DNA from: Microcoleus sp.
Lineage (GTDB): Bacteria > Cyanobacteriota > Cyanobacteriia > Cyanobacteriales > Microcoleaceae
DNA: 64,000 nt
Reading direction: 5' to 3'
Assembly (NCBI GenBank): GCA_042408215.1
Contig: JAYFMW010000015.1
Location: 1-64,000 of the forward strand
The notes below the pieces were generated by a model. That model did not search any database. It saw nothing but the letters and a program-made list of their open reading frames with translations, and was not told the origin of the DNA. This document shows positions 13,817 to 23,896 of the stretch, one piece after another; position 1 is the first letter of the stretch, and the number at the start of each line of letters is the position of its first letter. Both the position numbers and the translations under genes were made by a program.

Positions 13817-14926
13817 CTAAATTTCAGCAGAAAATTCAAGCTGCTCCATCACACGCACGCGAGGTACGACGTTTTTACAAAAATTTTGCATCTCAGCAAG
13901 CATTGGCCAACCTGACAAAATAAATTCACTAACACCTGCCGATTTATAAAGCATGAGTTCGTTTGCTACTTCATCAAAACTTCCTACCAGCGCCAATGCT
14001 GCTCCTCCACGATAAGGCACGGCCCCACTCCACAGATGGGGGCCGAGCCACTCTGAGTTGGCTTTTTCTGCTAATTCATAAGTAGCCTTATAAGCAACTG
14101 AATCTGACTTCTGAATCATATTGCTCATAAACTCCTTCCACTTGACATCTGAACTTTCTACAAGCCGAAATGCTGCTTCAATAGCCTCTTCACGTGTTTG
14201 ACGCGCAATGACTGACATCCGAAGTCCTGTGCGAATCATCGCTACACCGTTGCTCTGAGCGATCAAATTGTTACTTTCAGCAATTTTTTCTGGCGTATCA
14301 CCGTACCTCAGCCAACATTGTGCATGTTCAGATGCCGTATGATTGGCAATCTTGGAATTACCACTTAGGTATATTTTGGGCTGACGGACTCCCAAACGAA
14401 GCGAGGTAAACTTGGTGCTTAGCTGAGCGTCTTTTAGTTGGTAATACTTTCCTGCATAGTTCAATGAGCTTGTCGCATTCCAAAGACCTGAGCAAATTTC
14501 GAGATACTCGGCTGCTCGCTCGAATCGCTCATCATGCGAAAGCAAGTCCCCATAATACGCTTGCTCAATAGGATAGGAGCCACATATTATGTTGAGGCTG
14601 ATCCGACCATTTAAAAGATGCGAGAGCGTATTGACTTGCTGAACAAAAAGTGTTGGCGACATCAGACCCGGACGATAAGCCAGCATGAATCCTACTCGCT
14701 CGGTATGCGCTGATAGCCTTCCTAAAAGTACCATCGGATCAGGTATGTGAAAACTAAAGGCTGTTAATAAAGACTCGATTGGGAGTTTGTCAGCGCAACT
14801 GACAAACTCCAGATGAGTCTCAAGATTAATTCCGCCCGAACTATTTGCCTGAGATTCATTTTTCTTGGCTAGTTCAAGGGATAATAACCAATGAAATTCT
14901 AATTGATTCGACATATTTGATAGCAC
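13817..14926 (-). CDS. LLM-class (SsuD/luciferase-like) flavin-dependent monooxygenase
   Basis: AYRPGLMSPT, GRISLNII, ALVGSFDEVA, EFILSGWP; likely start ATG 14914. Confidence 0.88.
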   Translation of the reverse strand: MLSNMSNQLEFHWLLSLELAKKNESQANSSGGINLETHLEFVSCADKLPIESLLTAFSFHIPDPMVLLGRLSAHTERVGFMLAYRPGLMSPTLFVQQVNTLSHLLNGRISLNIICGSYPIEQAYYGDLLSHDERFERAAEYLEICSGLWNATSSLNYAGKYYQLKDAQLSTKFTSLRLGVRQPKIYLSGNSKIANHTASEHAQCWLRYGDTPEKIAESNNLIAQSNGVAMIRTGLRMSVIARQTREEAIEAAFRLVESSDVKWKEFMSNMIQKSDSVAYKATYELAEKANSEWLGPHLWSGAVPYRGGAALALVGSFDEVANELMLYKSAGVSEFILSGWPMLAEMQNFCKNVVPRVRVMEQLEFSAEI

Positions 14927-15003
14927 CTTCAGAAATTAGTTTCACAGGATTTATATAGGTCTAAGAGGATGTTTGGAAAGTCAAATGTTCTTTTGCTCAA
15001 CTC

Positions 15004-15978
15004 TCATAGGGATTTATCGCTCACGTTTTGAGTCTGCCATTCATACACCCAATACTCCAGTTCTTCAGCTCGCTGGTATCCTGCGATATCCAGGGACTCA
15101 AAGATGCGATCGCTAATAGGAAACATCCCACCAACCGCCAGATAACCCTTGCAATAAGCAAAGGAGCGTAACTCGCGCAGGAGAGTCGTTAAACCTTCAT
15201 CCGTGCCATTGGCATAACCAAGCCACAAAGTTTGATGAGCGCCTTTCCACAATGCTTCATTAACTCCTTCAAGGTAATCAATGGTATGGACAGGCATCTG
15301 AATAGCTAAAGCGAACATTTCATTGCCACGCTTTAGTCCCCATACTCGTCCTTCGTTGAGGTGATTCTTCAGTTGCTCGCAAGTTAGTTCTTGCCACTTA
15401 GTGGGGTCATTAAGGTAAAGATACGACTCTCGTGTAAACAAGTTAGAACTTGTGACTAATGCCCAAGCCGAATCAAAATCATCAATATCTAGATGTAACA
15501 GTTGTTTTACAGGAGAGTTTAGAGAGTCAGCTTTATAAGGAAAATAGCGACCGACTTTTTGACGACGTTGCCACTTACTATACTTGTCTATGAAAACATT
15601 ACTGGAGCAGGTGGAATAGCGTAAAACATTGATGTTTGTTTCTACAAAGAATCGCTCTATATGCTGCTCCAAAGTCAATAGCAGATGCAAACCTAGACCC
15701 TGCTGTCGATAATGAGGAGCTACTCGCAGACCTTGATACCAAGCTTCTCGCTCAGACATCAAGACGAATCCTAAAATGCCTATCGGTAAACTATCTACTT
15801 CAACTACAAAGACCCGACTGTTGGGGTCAGCTAACCACTTGTTCCAACCCAAGGGGAGAAAGTCTGATGAGTGTTGCCATGTCTGTTGGCAAATAGCCAG
15901 CACCGCCTCTTTGTCTTCAGCTCGTGCTAGGCGCACTTCTACGTCAGTAATTGTTTCTGTCTTAGCTTTTAATTCCAT
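15004..15978 (-). CDS. GNAT-family N-acetyltransferase
   Basis: GLRVAPHYRQQGLG acetyl-CoA motif A; start overlaps the upstream stop. Confidence 0.85.
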   Translation of the reverse strand: MELKAKTETITDVEVRLARAEDKEAVLAICQQTWQHSSDFLPLGWNKWLADPNSRVFVVEVDSLPIGILGFVLMSEREAWYQGLRVAPHYRQQGLGLHLLLTLEQHIERFFVETNINVLRYSTCSSNVFIDKYSKWQRRQKVGRYFPYKADSLNSPVKQLLHLDIDDFDSAWALVTSSNLFTRESYLYLNDPTKWQELTCEQLKNHLNEGRVWGLKRGNEMFALAIQMPVHTIDYLEGVNEALWKGAHQTLWLGYANGTDEGLTTLLRELRSFAYCKGYLAVGGMFPISDRIFESLDIAGYQRAEELEYWVYEWQTQNVSDKSL

Positions 15979-17099
15979 TTTCGCAATGCTTTCTTAAGTA
16001 ATTCAATTCCCTCAAGGATAGTTTCAGTTGGATAGCCAAGAGGAATTCTGACGTACCCGTCAGGAGAGGCTCTAAAAGTTCCAGAAGTTACCAGAACCAG
16101 CCCAAATTCAGTCAACATAAAGTCGGCAAATTCTTCAATATCTCGAACGGGAAGTTTGACAAAATACTGAAGTCCCCCTGCGGGATGCTCAAAGGCAATT
16201 TCAATCATCTGCGATAAAGCAGCACCAACAATTTCTCTATTCTTAACTACCCGTTCCACTAAGGATGGATTGCCTCGTTTCAGAATTTTTAGCGCTTGTT
16301 GTTGAGCGGGAGAGCAGATCCCTAGGCTTTCAATCGTTAACAAAGCTGTTAACGATTGAATGTTATCCGAACTAGAAATAATCCAACCAATTCTAAGCCC
16401 AGGAGCGGAAAAATTTTTACTCATCGAGTTGACTACATAAAGATTTTTCCAATTCCCTTGCAGGGATAGAGGCTGGATGAGCTGATTTTCTTCAAAAACA
16501 AACTCATCATAAACTAGGTCTGCAATTAAACTAGCTTGACAGCTTTGGGCTAACTGCAAAAGCTTTCTAAGGCAATCTTCTGAAAGAATTTCTCCTGTGG
16601 GATTGTTCGGGGTGTTGACAAATATGACTCGAAGATTGTCTGTGACTTTTTCTTGTAAGCTAGACCAGTCTATCTGATTGTTTTCTACCGAGAAGTATTC
16701 AACCCTATAACCGCACGTTTGTAATAGTTCTGCAATGCACCAAAATATAGGTGCTTGACACAGTGCTACAGCACCGGGACGGTAGAGAGAACGAAAGATG
16801 AGAGACAATCCATGTAAAGCACCATTGGTTACTAGCGCTTCCGAAGGTTGTACGTTGAGGTGATACTTAGAAAATTCCCGGTAACAAATGGCTTCGATGA
16901 GTTGGGAACTTCCCTGAGTCAATGGGTAATTTCCTACAAATGATAATTCACAGTTAAAATCATCAAACTCCGTTTCTAACCATTGAGACGTGTTGCCAGT
17001 TATATTTATGGGATGTTTAATGAAACGATGAGCGTACTGGAGTCTTTGTACGACCAGAGAGGTAGGGGAATTTAAATCAACAACTCTAGTTTTTACCAT
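15969..17099 (-). CDS. Fold-type-I PLP enzyme, GntC-like (gamma-hydroxyarginine cyclodehydratase-like)
   Basis: NTPNNPTG, DLVYD, NSMSKNFSAPGLRIGW are direct. The N-terminus LVVQRL...HPINITG...WLE and TNGALHGLSLIFR...PGAVAL.QAP match my recollection of GntC. Confidence 0.75.
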   Translation of the reverse strand: MVKTRVVDLNSPTSLVVQRLQYAHRFIKHPINITGNTSQWLETEFDDFNCELSFVGNYPLTQGSSQLIEAICYREFSKYHLNVQPSEALVTNGALHGLSLIFRSLYRPGAVALCQAPIFWCIAELLQTCGYRVEYFSVENNQIDWSSLQEKVTDNLRVIFVNTPNNPTGEILSEDCLRKLLQLAQSCQASLIADLVYDEFVFEENQLIQPLSLQGNWKNLYVVNSMSKNFSAPGLRIGWIISSSDNIQSLTALLTIESLGICSPAQQQALKILKRGNPSLVERVVKNREIVGAALSQMIEIAFEHPAGGLQYFVKLPVRDIEEFADFMLTEFGLVLVTSGTFRASPDGYVRIPLGYPTETILEGIELLKKALRKWN

Positions 17100-17131
17100 T
17101 TTATGAGCCTTATAATAGTTGCCTCAATCAC

Positions 17132-17402
17132 TTTCTTGGCGTAAATACGAGTGCTAGTTGTGGCAATTCGTCCATTCAACCCCCATCGTGGTTTATCAGT
17201 CTTATTTTCCATAGTACACTGTTTTTCCGCCGGATTTAAAAGCTACCCAGAACATCTGATTATTCCAACCAGTCGGTAATTGTTCTCTCCAGGTTTCTGG
17301 CAACCAACCATGAACAAACTTGAGTTTTGCCAGGATATAAAAGAAAGCCAGTTTAAGAGAAAACCTCCAATCAAATAAGGAAGAACTTGTTGTTGCTGTC
17401 AT
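17132..17402 (-). pseudogene. Internally deleted third copy of the halogenase gene
   Basis: The first 64 codons are nearly identical to 21279-22493 and are joined out of frame at 17210/17209 to the ENKTDK.RWGLNGRIATTSTRIY.KK segment. Confidence 0.9.
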
Positions 17403-17672
17403 GTGTAAGTATCTTATATTTTATAGCTAGCAGGGCGACGAAAGAGGCTGAAAAGCATCCGTTGTTTTGGGTTTATATGTTTCGTATGCCTTCGGTCTAC
17501 CTAAAATTTATAGAAACAACTTTATTCTCTAAGACTTCCCCTTCGGAACCGGGAAAAGGCACCTAAATCCTATGTGCCTTTTCCAGAAAGAATTTCAAAA
17601 TTTTAAAAACCTAAACAATGGACGAAACCTTTGGCCAGTACGCATTAGCAAAAATAAGGTGCGGTTGCCCTA

Positions 17673-18824
17673 TTAATCCTCGTCAATTGGATTGTCAAAT
17701 CCGTAGTCTTCAAGTTGGCTATCCCGTCGTATATCGCAGGTGACGCAGTGAAATGAGCCGCCAAAACTATAGACATGACGAAAAGCAACCGGAATGACTT
17801 CAAATCCTAAATCTTTGAATAATTTATGCATTGGCTCTTCTTGCTTTTCCACGATTACCCGCTTGGGATCTAAGATCAAGATATTCATGGACAACCACGG
17901 GCCCGAACTATAAAGTGGATAATTATCGGGAATAGTGGGTTGCACGGCTGTCACAACATCCCATCCGGCTTTCTTAAAAATGTCGATTTGATAACAGGGT
18001 CTGTCGGGATTGGTTAAAACTAATCCAGGTCTTAGGGGTACAAATGTAGCATCTATATGGATTGGGTTTGAATCTCGGAACTTCAGTATATGAACCCGAA
18101 AGCGTTCACCCAGATGATTTCTGAGCCAAGTAATGCCTAGTTTATTGGTAACTTGACTGCGCTGAACAAATAAGTCTCGTCCGCAACGAGTAATATCAGC
18201 AGCATCAAAGCAAGGTTCAAACTCAGTTGTTACAAAACGCCCAACTTCTGCTAGTGCGTACCGATCTTCAACAGTTTCCATAGGATAGTCAAAGTCATAC
18301 AATTCATCGCTCATTAAAGGTTTGGGAGCTGTCGTCCATTTAGCACCCTGTTTCAAATATTCCTTCATTAAAGACCGATAAGCTCGATATTCAAAAAACC
18401 TTGATCGCCACGCCATTGGCGCTTCAATAATCTCATTGCCGATAACAGTTAGTATATCTCGCGGCATAACGGCATGCAGACCTGTGGCTTCAAAATCTGG
18501 AGTTTTATAGCTCTCAGAAAAATCAATAATATCCGGTCGCCTTACAGTTACCCCTTCTCCTTCCAAAACCCGGCAAAACTCCTCCAATTCCTTTGATGCT
18601 GGTTCTATCATTTCTTGAGGGTATGGACAACCACCATACTTTTGGAAAAACCACCAGTTTTTAGGATTTGAACTTGCTTTGAGGGGAACATCGAACTGAG
18701 GAACACAGGCTCCCTCAACGCGACCCACAATAATTTCTTGCAGCGTATCCCATTCATTGTAGCTATTAACTATTGGCAGGGTTTTAGTGGAAGTCAAGCT
18801 TTTGGGATGATTGTTTTTCAACAT
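17673..18824 (-). CDS. L-arginine amidinotransferase (AGAT/CyrA-like)
   Basis: [38 protein letters not shown] (Asp-His-Cys). Confidence 0.93.
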   Translation of the reverse strand: MLKNNHPKSLTSTKTLPIVNSYNEWDTLQEIIVGRVEGACVPQFDVPLKASSNPKNWWFFQKYGGCPYPQEMIEPASKELEEFCRVLEGEGVTVRRPDIIDFSESYKTPDFEATGLHAVMPRDILTVIGNEIIEAPMAWRSRFFEYRAYRSLMKEYLKQGAKWTTAPKPLMSDELYDFDYPMETVEDRYALAEVGRFVTTEFEPCFDAADITRCGRDLFVQRSQVTNKLGITWLRNHLGERFRVHILKFRDSNPIHIDATFVPLRPGLVLTNPDRPCYQIDIFKKAGWDVVTAVQPTIPDNYPLYSSGPWLSMNILILDPKRVIVEKQEEPMHKLFKDLGFEVIPVAFRHVYSFGGSFHCVTCDIRRDSQLEDYGFDNPIDED

Positions 18825-18915
18825 TATATTGTCCTCGTAATAAAATACATTTGCAAAAACTGGGCTTAAAAATGCTCATGTCTTACGGAAGCATGAATAT
18901 TTTCTATTTCTCAAA

Positions 18916-19989
18916 TTAGAGGTTTTTCTTAACATCTAACCTGGCAGTTTTCTTGCCCCTATCTAACTGATTTACTTGCCGAATTTCTAGCATTTTTGCT
19001 AACGCTATAACTTGCCTAAATAAACTAACCCAACCCTTTTCTTTATTTCGAGAGGCGTAAACTTTATCTTTCAGCAAAATCTGGTGCGCTTGCTTGTACT
19101 GCCACGAAGGAATACCAGGAAAAAGATGATGCAATAAGTGATAACCTTCCCAATGCATTCCTAAGAAAAAATTAGCCACGGGAGAACAAAGCCGATTTCG
19201 GGACATAAACAAATCAACCAATTTTAGATTTTCCATCCTGCCTTCAGTTTCCTCCGGAGTTACTTCCATTAACGGGTAATGCTCGAACAACTCAATAAAC
19301 GCTCCAATCCAATTAGCCGTTGTTAGCAGAGGAACCCACCAAAACAGCAGTAACAACCACCCCCAGCCCAGCCAGATAAACAGTGAATTCAACACAATCA
19401 TATAGACTAGGCGCACTAGCTTCTCTCGAAATTCCTCCTGCGAATTCAAGATTCTGTTTTTGAGTAAATAGCGCAGGTAAATCAGAGTGGTTGCTGGGTG
19501 AACAATGTTCCATAAATAGCGGCGCACGTTGTTAGCTTCTAAATTCGCTCCGTACAACCCACTCTCCTGTAACCCAACGTAATCTGGGTCTAGCTTGGAG
19601 TGCCCCAAATGACCGTGATGCTGGAAAACGTGGGAGGAGCGATAACCTGAATAACTTTGCAACACCAGATAACCCGAAGGAAACGTCCCCAAGACAAAAT
19701 TGAGTGCTTTATTCTTTGCCAAGGTTTTGTGCGTTGACTGGTGGAGTAAATCTGCTAAAGCACGCATCCTGCCACCAATGATCAAAATCGCAACTAAGTA
19801 AACCATTTCGCCTACGACTCGTGGCCAGTGCTGCCACGTTAACCAAGAAGCAAGCGTTGCAAGAGCAATAATCGCCCAATCTTCAGCGAGTTGCACGAAC
19901 CCGTGCCAATTATCAAGCTCAAAGCAACAACTTAACTCTCTGAAGATTGCGGCGTCGAAGCGATAACGCTTAATTTTTATCATTAGCAA
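18916..19989 (-). CDS. Membrane fatty-acid-desaturase-fold di-iron enzyme, GntB-like hydroxylase
   Basis: His boxes LHQSTH, HVFQHH, EH, YHLLHH; LDNWHG and NFVLGTF.SGYL.LQ motifs recalled from GntB-type proteins. Confidence 0.75.
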   Translation of the reverse strand: MLMIKIKRYRFDAAIFRELSCCFELDNWHGFVQLAEDWAIIALATLASWLTWQHWPRVVGEMVYLVAILIIGGRMRALADLLHQSTHKTLAKNKALNFVLGTFPSGYLVLQSYSGYRSSHVFQHHGHLGHSKLDPDYVGLQESGLYGANLEANNVRRYLWNIVHPATTLIYLRYLLKNRILNSQEEFREKLVRLVYMIVLNSLFIWLGWGWLLLLFWWVPLLTTANWIGAFIELFEHYPLMEVTPEETEGRMENLKLVDLFMSRNRLCSPVANFFLGMHWEGYHLLHHLFPGIPSWQYKQAHQILLKDKVYASRNKEKGWVSLFRQVIALAKMLEIRQVNQLDRGKKTARLDVKKNL

Positions 19990-19995
19990 CAGTTC

Positions 19996-21195
19996 CTATT
20001 TAGTCGAAGCAGAGTCAAGCCTCTTTTCTAATTTTTCTGTGTATCTGTTATATCCAAAACGATCTTCACCTCTGAGCAGAACTGCTCTCCACTTGTCCAA
20101 ATTAATGTTTTTGAGATGTAAGTACTTGTTATGATGCAACCCTCCTAACATTTTCTTGGTGTAAATACGAGTGCTAGTTGTGGCAATCCGCCCATTCAAT
20201 CCCCATCGTGATTTATCAGTCTTATTTTTGAGGGAACCGTGAATCACTCGCTCAGTAAACAGATAAAACTGCCCAGCTTTCATTTCGATGTAATGGGGTT
20301 GTGGCAACTCGCCTGGGTAATCGATCTGAAGATCCGGCGCACCCTCTAGGTTGGCTGTCTCTACGTTGATCGGATAAATTTCATTAGTTCCGGGCAGAAT
20401 CATCATGCAGCCATTCTCTTTGTTGGCATCGGTTAAAGCAATCCAGCAGGTTAGTTGGTAAAGCTCCTCATGGTCTTCTGGAGTCACTATCGATTCTTGC
20501 TGATTTAGCAAAAACCAAGTGCTGGCTTGATGTAATGTTGTTTCCTGACCGGGCTGAACTTCAAAAAATTTAGTTCTCCACAAAAGAAGATTCGGTCCTA
20601 AAAGTTGAGCCGCTCGTTCAGTAATCGCAGGATGTTTAAACAGATTTAATAATCGATTGTTATCTAAATGACGATCGATTTTATTGATCGTATAGAAAAA
20701 ATGTTTTTTATATTCTTCTGTCAATTCTAGTTTCCAAGGTGTCACTTCTAAACCACTTCTACCAGTCGTGTCAAATTCATAATCTCCGGCAGTGAAAGAA
20801 AAATGTTGTGATTCAGTTTCCAGCAAGAAATTGACGAGATATTGCTGCAACTCCTCCATTTCATCTGAAGGTAGTAAATCGAATGGGCCGACATAGCCAT
20901 TCTCATAGAAACCACGGATCTGTTCCTCAGTCATCTGAAATTCAGGGGCAACCGATGCTTTAGGTTTGTAAGATTTCGGTTCTTTTAATCGGCAATAGTA
21001 ATCATAGTATGCTGTTTTCCCGCCGGATTTAAAAGCCACCCAGAACATCTGATTATTCCAACCAGTCGGTAATTGTTCTCTCATTTTTTCTGGCAACCAA
21101 CCATGAATAAACTTGAGGTTGGCCAGGATATAAAAAACACCCAGTTTAAGGGAAAACTTCCAATTAAATAAGGAAAAATTTGTTGTTGCAGTCAT
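19996..21195 (-). CDS. Fe(II)/2-oxoglutarate enzyme with the halogenase HxA motif (SyrB2/BarB-like), paralog 2
   Basis: LHQASTW, WIALTDANKENGC, MKAGQF...IHGS, RWGLNGR. Confidence 0.85.
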   Translation of the reverse strand: MTATTNFSLFNWKFSLKLGVFYILANLKFIHGWLPEKMREQLPTGWNNQMFWVAFKSGGKTAYYDYYCRLKEPKSYKPKASVAPEFQMTEEQIRGFYENGYVGPFDLLPSDEMEELQQYLVNFLLETESQHFSFTAGDYEFDTTGRSGLEVTPWKLELTEEYKKHFFYTINKIDRHLDNNRLLNLFKHPAITERAAQLLGPNLLLWRTKFFEVQPGQETTLHQASTWFLLNQQESIVTPEDHEELYQLTCWIALTDANKENGCMMILPGTNEIYPINVETANLEGAPDLQIDYPGELPQPHYIEMKAGQFYLFTERVIHGSLKNKTDKSRWGLNGRIATTSTRIYTKKMLGGLHHNKYLHLKNINLDKWRAVLLRGEDRFGYNRYTEKLEKRLDSASTK

Positions 21196-21278
21196 GTGTC
21201 AGTCTCCTATATTTTCTAGTTAATGGGCGATGAAAAGGCTGAAAAGCTTACGAAGTAATCAAGTATCGATATCATTTC

Positions 21279-22493
21279 CTACTTAGTCGAAGCAGAGGCA
21301 AGCTTTTTCTCCAATTTTTCTGTGTATCTGTTGTATCCCAAACTATCTTCACCTCTTAGCAGAACAACTTTCCACTTATCCAAATTAATGTTCTTCACCT
21401 TTGAGTACCTGTTGCGATAGAATCCTTCTAACATTTTCTTGGTGTAAATGCGAGTGCTAGTTGTAGCAATCCGTCCATTCAATCCCCATCGTGATTTATC
21501 AGTCTTATTTTCGACGGAACCGTGAATCACTCGCTCAGTAAACAGATAAAACTGCCCAGCTTTCATTTCGATGTAATGGGGTTGTGGCAACTCGCCTGGG
21601 TAATCGAGCTTGGCATCCCGATTGCCATAAATACCACTCATCCCATCCTGGGTGACTTCCCCTACCTTGATGGGATAAATCTCCTTATGAGTCCCTGGGA
21701 AAATCATCATGCACCCATTCTCTTTGTTGGCATCGGTTACAGCAATCCAGCAGGTTAATTGGTACAGATACTCATGGTCTTCTGGATACATTATCGATTC
21801 TTGCTGATTGGCAAAAAACGTGCTGGCTTGATGTAATTTTGTTGCCAAACCGGGTTGAATTCCAAAAAATTTAGTTCTCCACAAAAGAAGATTCGGTCCT
21901 AAAAGTTGAGCCGCTCGTTCAGTAATCGCCGGATGCTTAAACAAATTCATTAATCGATCTTCTTCTAAATGACGATCAAACTCATTCATCGCATTGACAA
22001 TATATTTTTGATAGTCTTCAGTGATTTCTTGATTCCAAGCTGTCAATAAATCATCTTTCTTAGTCGTGTCAAATTCATAATCTCCTGCCGTGAAAGAAAA
22101 ACATTTTGATTCAGTTTTCAGCAATGAATTGACGAGATATTCCCGCAAATTATCCATTTCATCTGGAGGTAGTAAATCGAATGGGCCGACATAGCCATTC
22201 TCATAGAAACCACGGATCTGTTTCTCAGTGAGCTGAAATTCGGGGGCTACCGATGCTCTAGGTTTGTAAGATTTTGGTTCTTTCAACCGACAATAGTACT
22301 CATAGTACACTGTTTTCCCGCCGGATTTAAAAGCCACCCAGAACATCTGATTATTCCAACCAGTCGGTAATTGTTCTCTCCAGGTTTCTGGCAACCAACC
22401 ATGAATAAACTTGATTTTTGCCAGAATATAAAAGAAAGCCAGTTTTAGAGAAAAATTCCAATCAAAGAAGGAAGAAGTTGTTGTTGCAGTCAT
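21279..22493 (-). CDS. Fe(II)/2-oxoglutarate enzyme with the halogenase HxA motif (SyrB2/BarB-like), paralog 1
   Basis: LHQASTF, WIAVTDANKENGC, MKAGQF...IHGS. Confidence 0.85.
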   Translation of the reverse strand: MTATTTSSFFDWNFSLKLAFFYILAKIKFIHGWLPETWREQLPTGWNNQMFWVAFKSGGKTVYYEYYCRLKEPKSYKPRASVAPEFQLTEKQIRGFYENGYVGPFDLLPPDEMDNLREYLVNSLLKTESKCFSFTAGDYEFDTTKKDDLLTAWNQEITEDYQKYIVNAMNEFDRHLEEDRLMNLFKHPAITERAAQLLGPNLLLWRTKFFGIQPGLATKLHQASTFFANQQESIMYPEDHEYLYQLTCWIAVTDANKENGCMMIFPGTHKEIYPIKVGEVTQDGMSGIYGNRDAKLDYPGELPQPHYIEMKAGQFYLFTERVIHGSVENKTDKSRWGLNGRIATTSTRIYTKKMLEGFYRNRYSKVKNINLDKWKVVLLRGEDSLGYNRYTEKLEKKLASASTK

Positions 22494-22546
22494 GTGTAAT
22501 TCTCCTAAATTTTATATCTAGCGGGGCAATTTGTTCATGTTGGAAT

Positions 22547-23896
22547 TCATTGAAGAACTTCCTGTTCTAAAAGATACTGAAGCGCCTCAATGACTCGGTA
22601 GGCTGAAAGCTTGCGCGAGGTTTGGGTGAGAAATTCAGAAACCACATCGCTGGCTTTTTTGGAGGCGGTACACAACTGACAAAGCAATCGCAAATCTTTG
22701 GCTGGTAAATACATATTTAACCTTAATTTGCTGGCGATTTGAGGCGATTCTCGAAAACTCAGGAGTTTTGAGGGTGAAAGTGTAATTTGACCTCTTCTTG
22801 GTTGCCAGAAAGGGGAGTTGGGCCAACGGGTTTCTTGGGCATAGTATTTGCACCTATCTTGCAAATAAACTTCAAACTGATGCAGAGTTTGAGATTCGTA
22901 TGCGGCAAGAGCGTCCCGATCGCCGTCAAAATAACGGGCGATCGCAAAGGCAGCCTTAATTCCTGACTGTAAAGCCTTGTAAATGCCAGCAGAAGAAAGC
23001 GGGTCAAGAGTACAAGCCGCATCTCCAACAGCCAGCCAGCCATGACCTGTCATCCGATCTAAGTACTGGGAAAAGGCGGGCTGAATCAAAAGCCTGGATT
23101 GAGAAGAGGCGTGAGAGGTTAACTCCTGAATATACTGCGTTTTCTTTAAATAAGCTGTCCAGGTTTCTGGCCGGAAGAGCTTATGTTTTCGCAGCAGTTC
23201 GCTATCGGTCATTAAGGTGATGATCGCACGGTCATTAGGCAGACGGGCGGCGTACCACCAGCCAAATTCCGTTGCTTCTACCAAAGTGTGGTAATTTTTT
23301 GGAGCCTCTTTTTCCCAGGTAAACACTGAGGCAACAGCGAGCAGGCGATCCATCCTGACTTTGTGTGCCCCAACCCTGGTGGCTAAAATACTTCGATGTC
23401 CGCTCGCATCGACTACGAAGGTCGTTGTCACCTGGAATTGGCAACCGTTTTTGGTTCGCAGTGTCAGTCTCCATTTGCGATCGGCAAGTTGGTTACAGCC
23501 TACCACTGTTGTCTCCCGCATTAAAATCGTACCACATTCCTCTGCTGCATTAGCCAGCGCTTTATTGAATCTTGCCCGATTCAGATGCCAACCGTTCCCC
23601 CCAGGATAGAAAAAGAAATCCTGAAATCCCAATTGGGTTCCACCCCATGCAGAACTATTTCCCAATGAGGGGAGGTGACCATCTCGTTCAAAGGAATCAA
23701 GCACTCCTAATTGCCCTAAAACAGTTCGTATATTGGGGGGAACTGTTTCACCAATGCGAAAGTCATCCAGGCGGGATTTTTCTAGGAGGGCAACGCGCTT
23801 TTCCCCTTGCTTTTGCAGAGCGATCGCGGTTGCTGCTCCGGCGACACCACCACCGACGATCGCCAGATCGATTTCTGGTGGCAGATTGTTATTCAT
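22547..23896 (-). CDS. lodB: LodB/GoxB-type FAD-dependent CTQ-maturation flavoprotein
   Basis: GGGVAG, RIGETVPP, GWHLNRARF, VDASG, GDAAC.LDPLSSAG; overlaps the end of the lodA-like gene. Confidence 0.85.
   Translation of the reverse strand: MNNNLPPEIDLAIVGGGVAGAATAIALQKQGEKRVALLEKSRLDDFRIGETVPPNIRTVLGQLGVLDSFERDGHLPSLGNSSAWGGTQLGFQDFFFYPGGNGWHLNRARFNKALANAAEECGTILMRETTVVGCNQLADRKWRLTLRTKNGCQFQVTTTFVVDASGHRSILATRVGAHKVRMDRLLAVASVFTWEKEAPKNYHTLVEATEFGWWYAARLPNDRAIITLMTDSELLRKHKLFRPETWTAYLKKTQYIQELTSHASSQSRLLIQPAFSQYLDRMTGHGWLAVGDAACTLDPLSSAGIYKALQSGIKAAFAIARYFDGDRDALAAYESQTLHQFEVYLQDRCKYYAQETRWPNSPFWQPRRGQITLSPSKLLSFRESPQIASKLRLNMYLPAKDLRLLCQLCTASKKASDVVSEFLTQTSRKLSAYRVIEALQYLLEQEVLQ

Noticed and set aside
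17202..17402. 66-aa ORF as a RiPP precursor peptide
   Set aside because: Fully explained as a deletion remnant of the halogenase gene
22547..23896. Flavin-dependent tryptophan halogenase
   Set aside because: Overlap with lodA and GWWYAA rather than WxWxIP favour a LodB-type maturase
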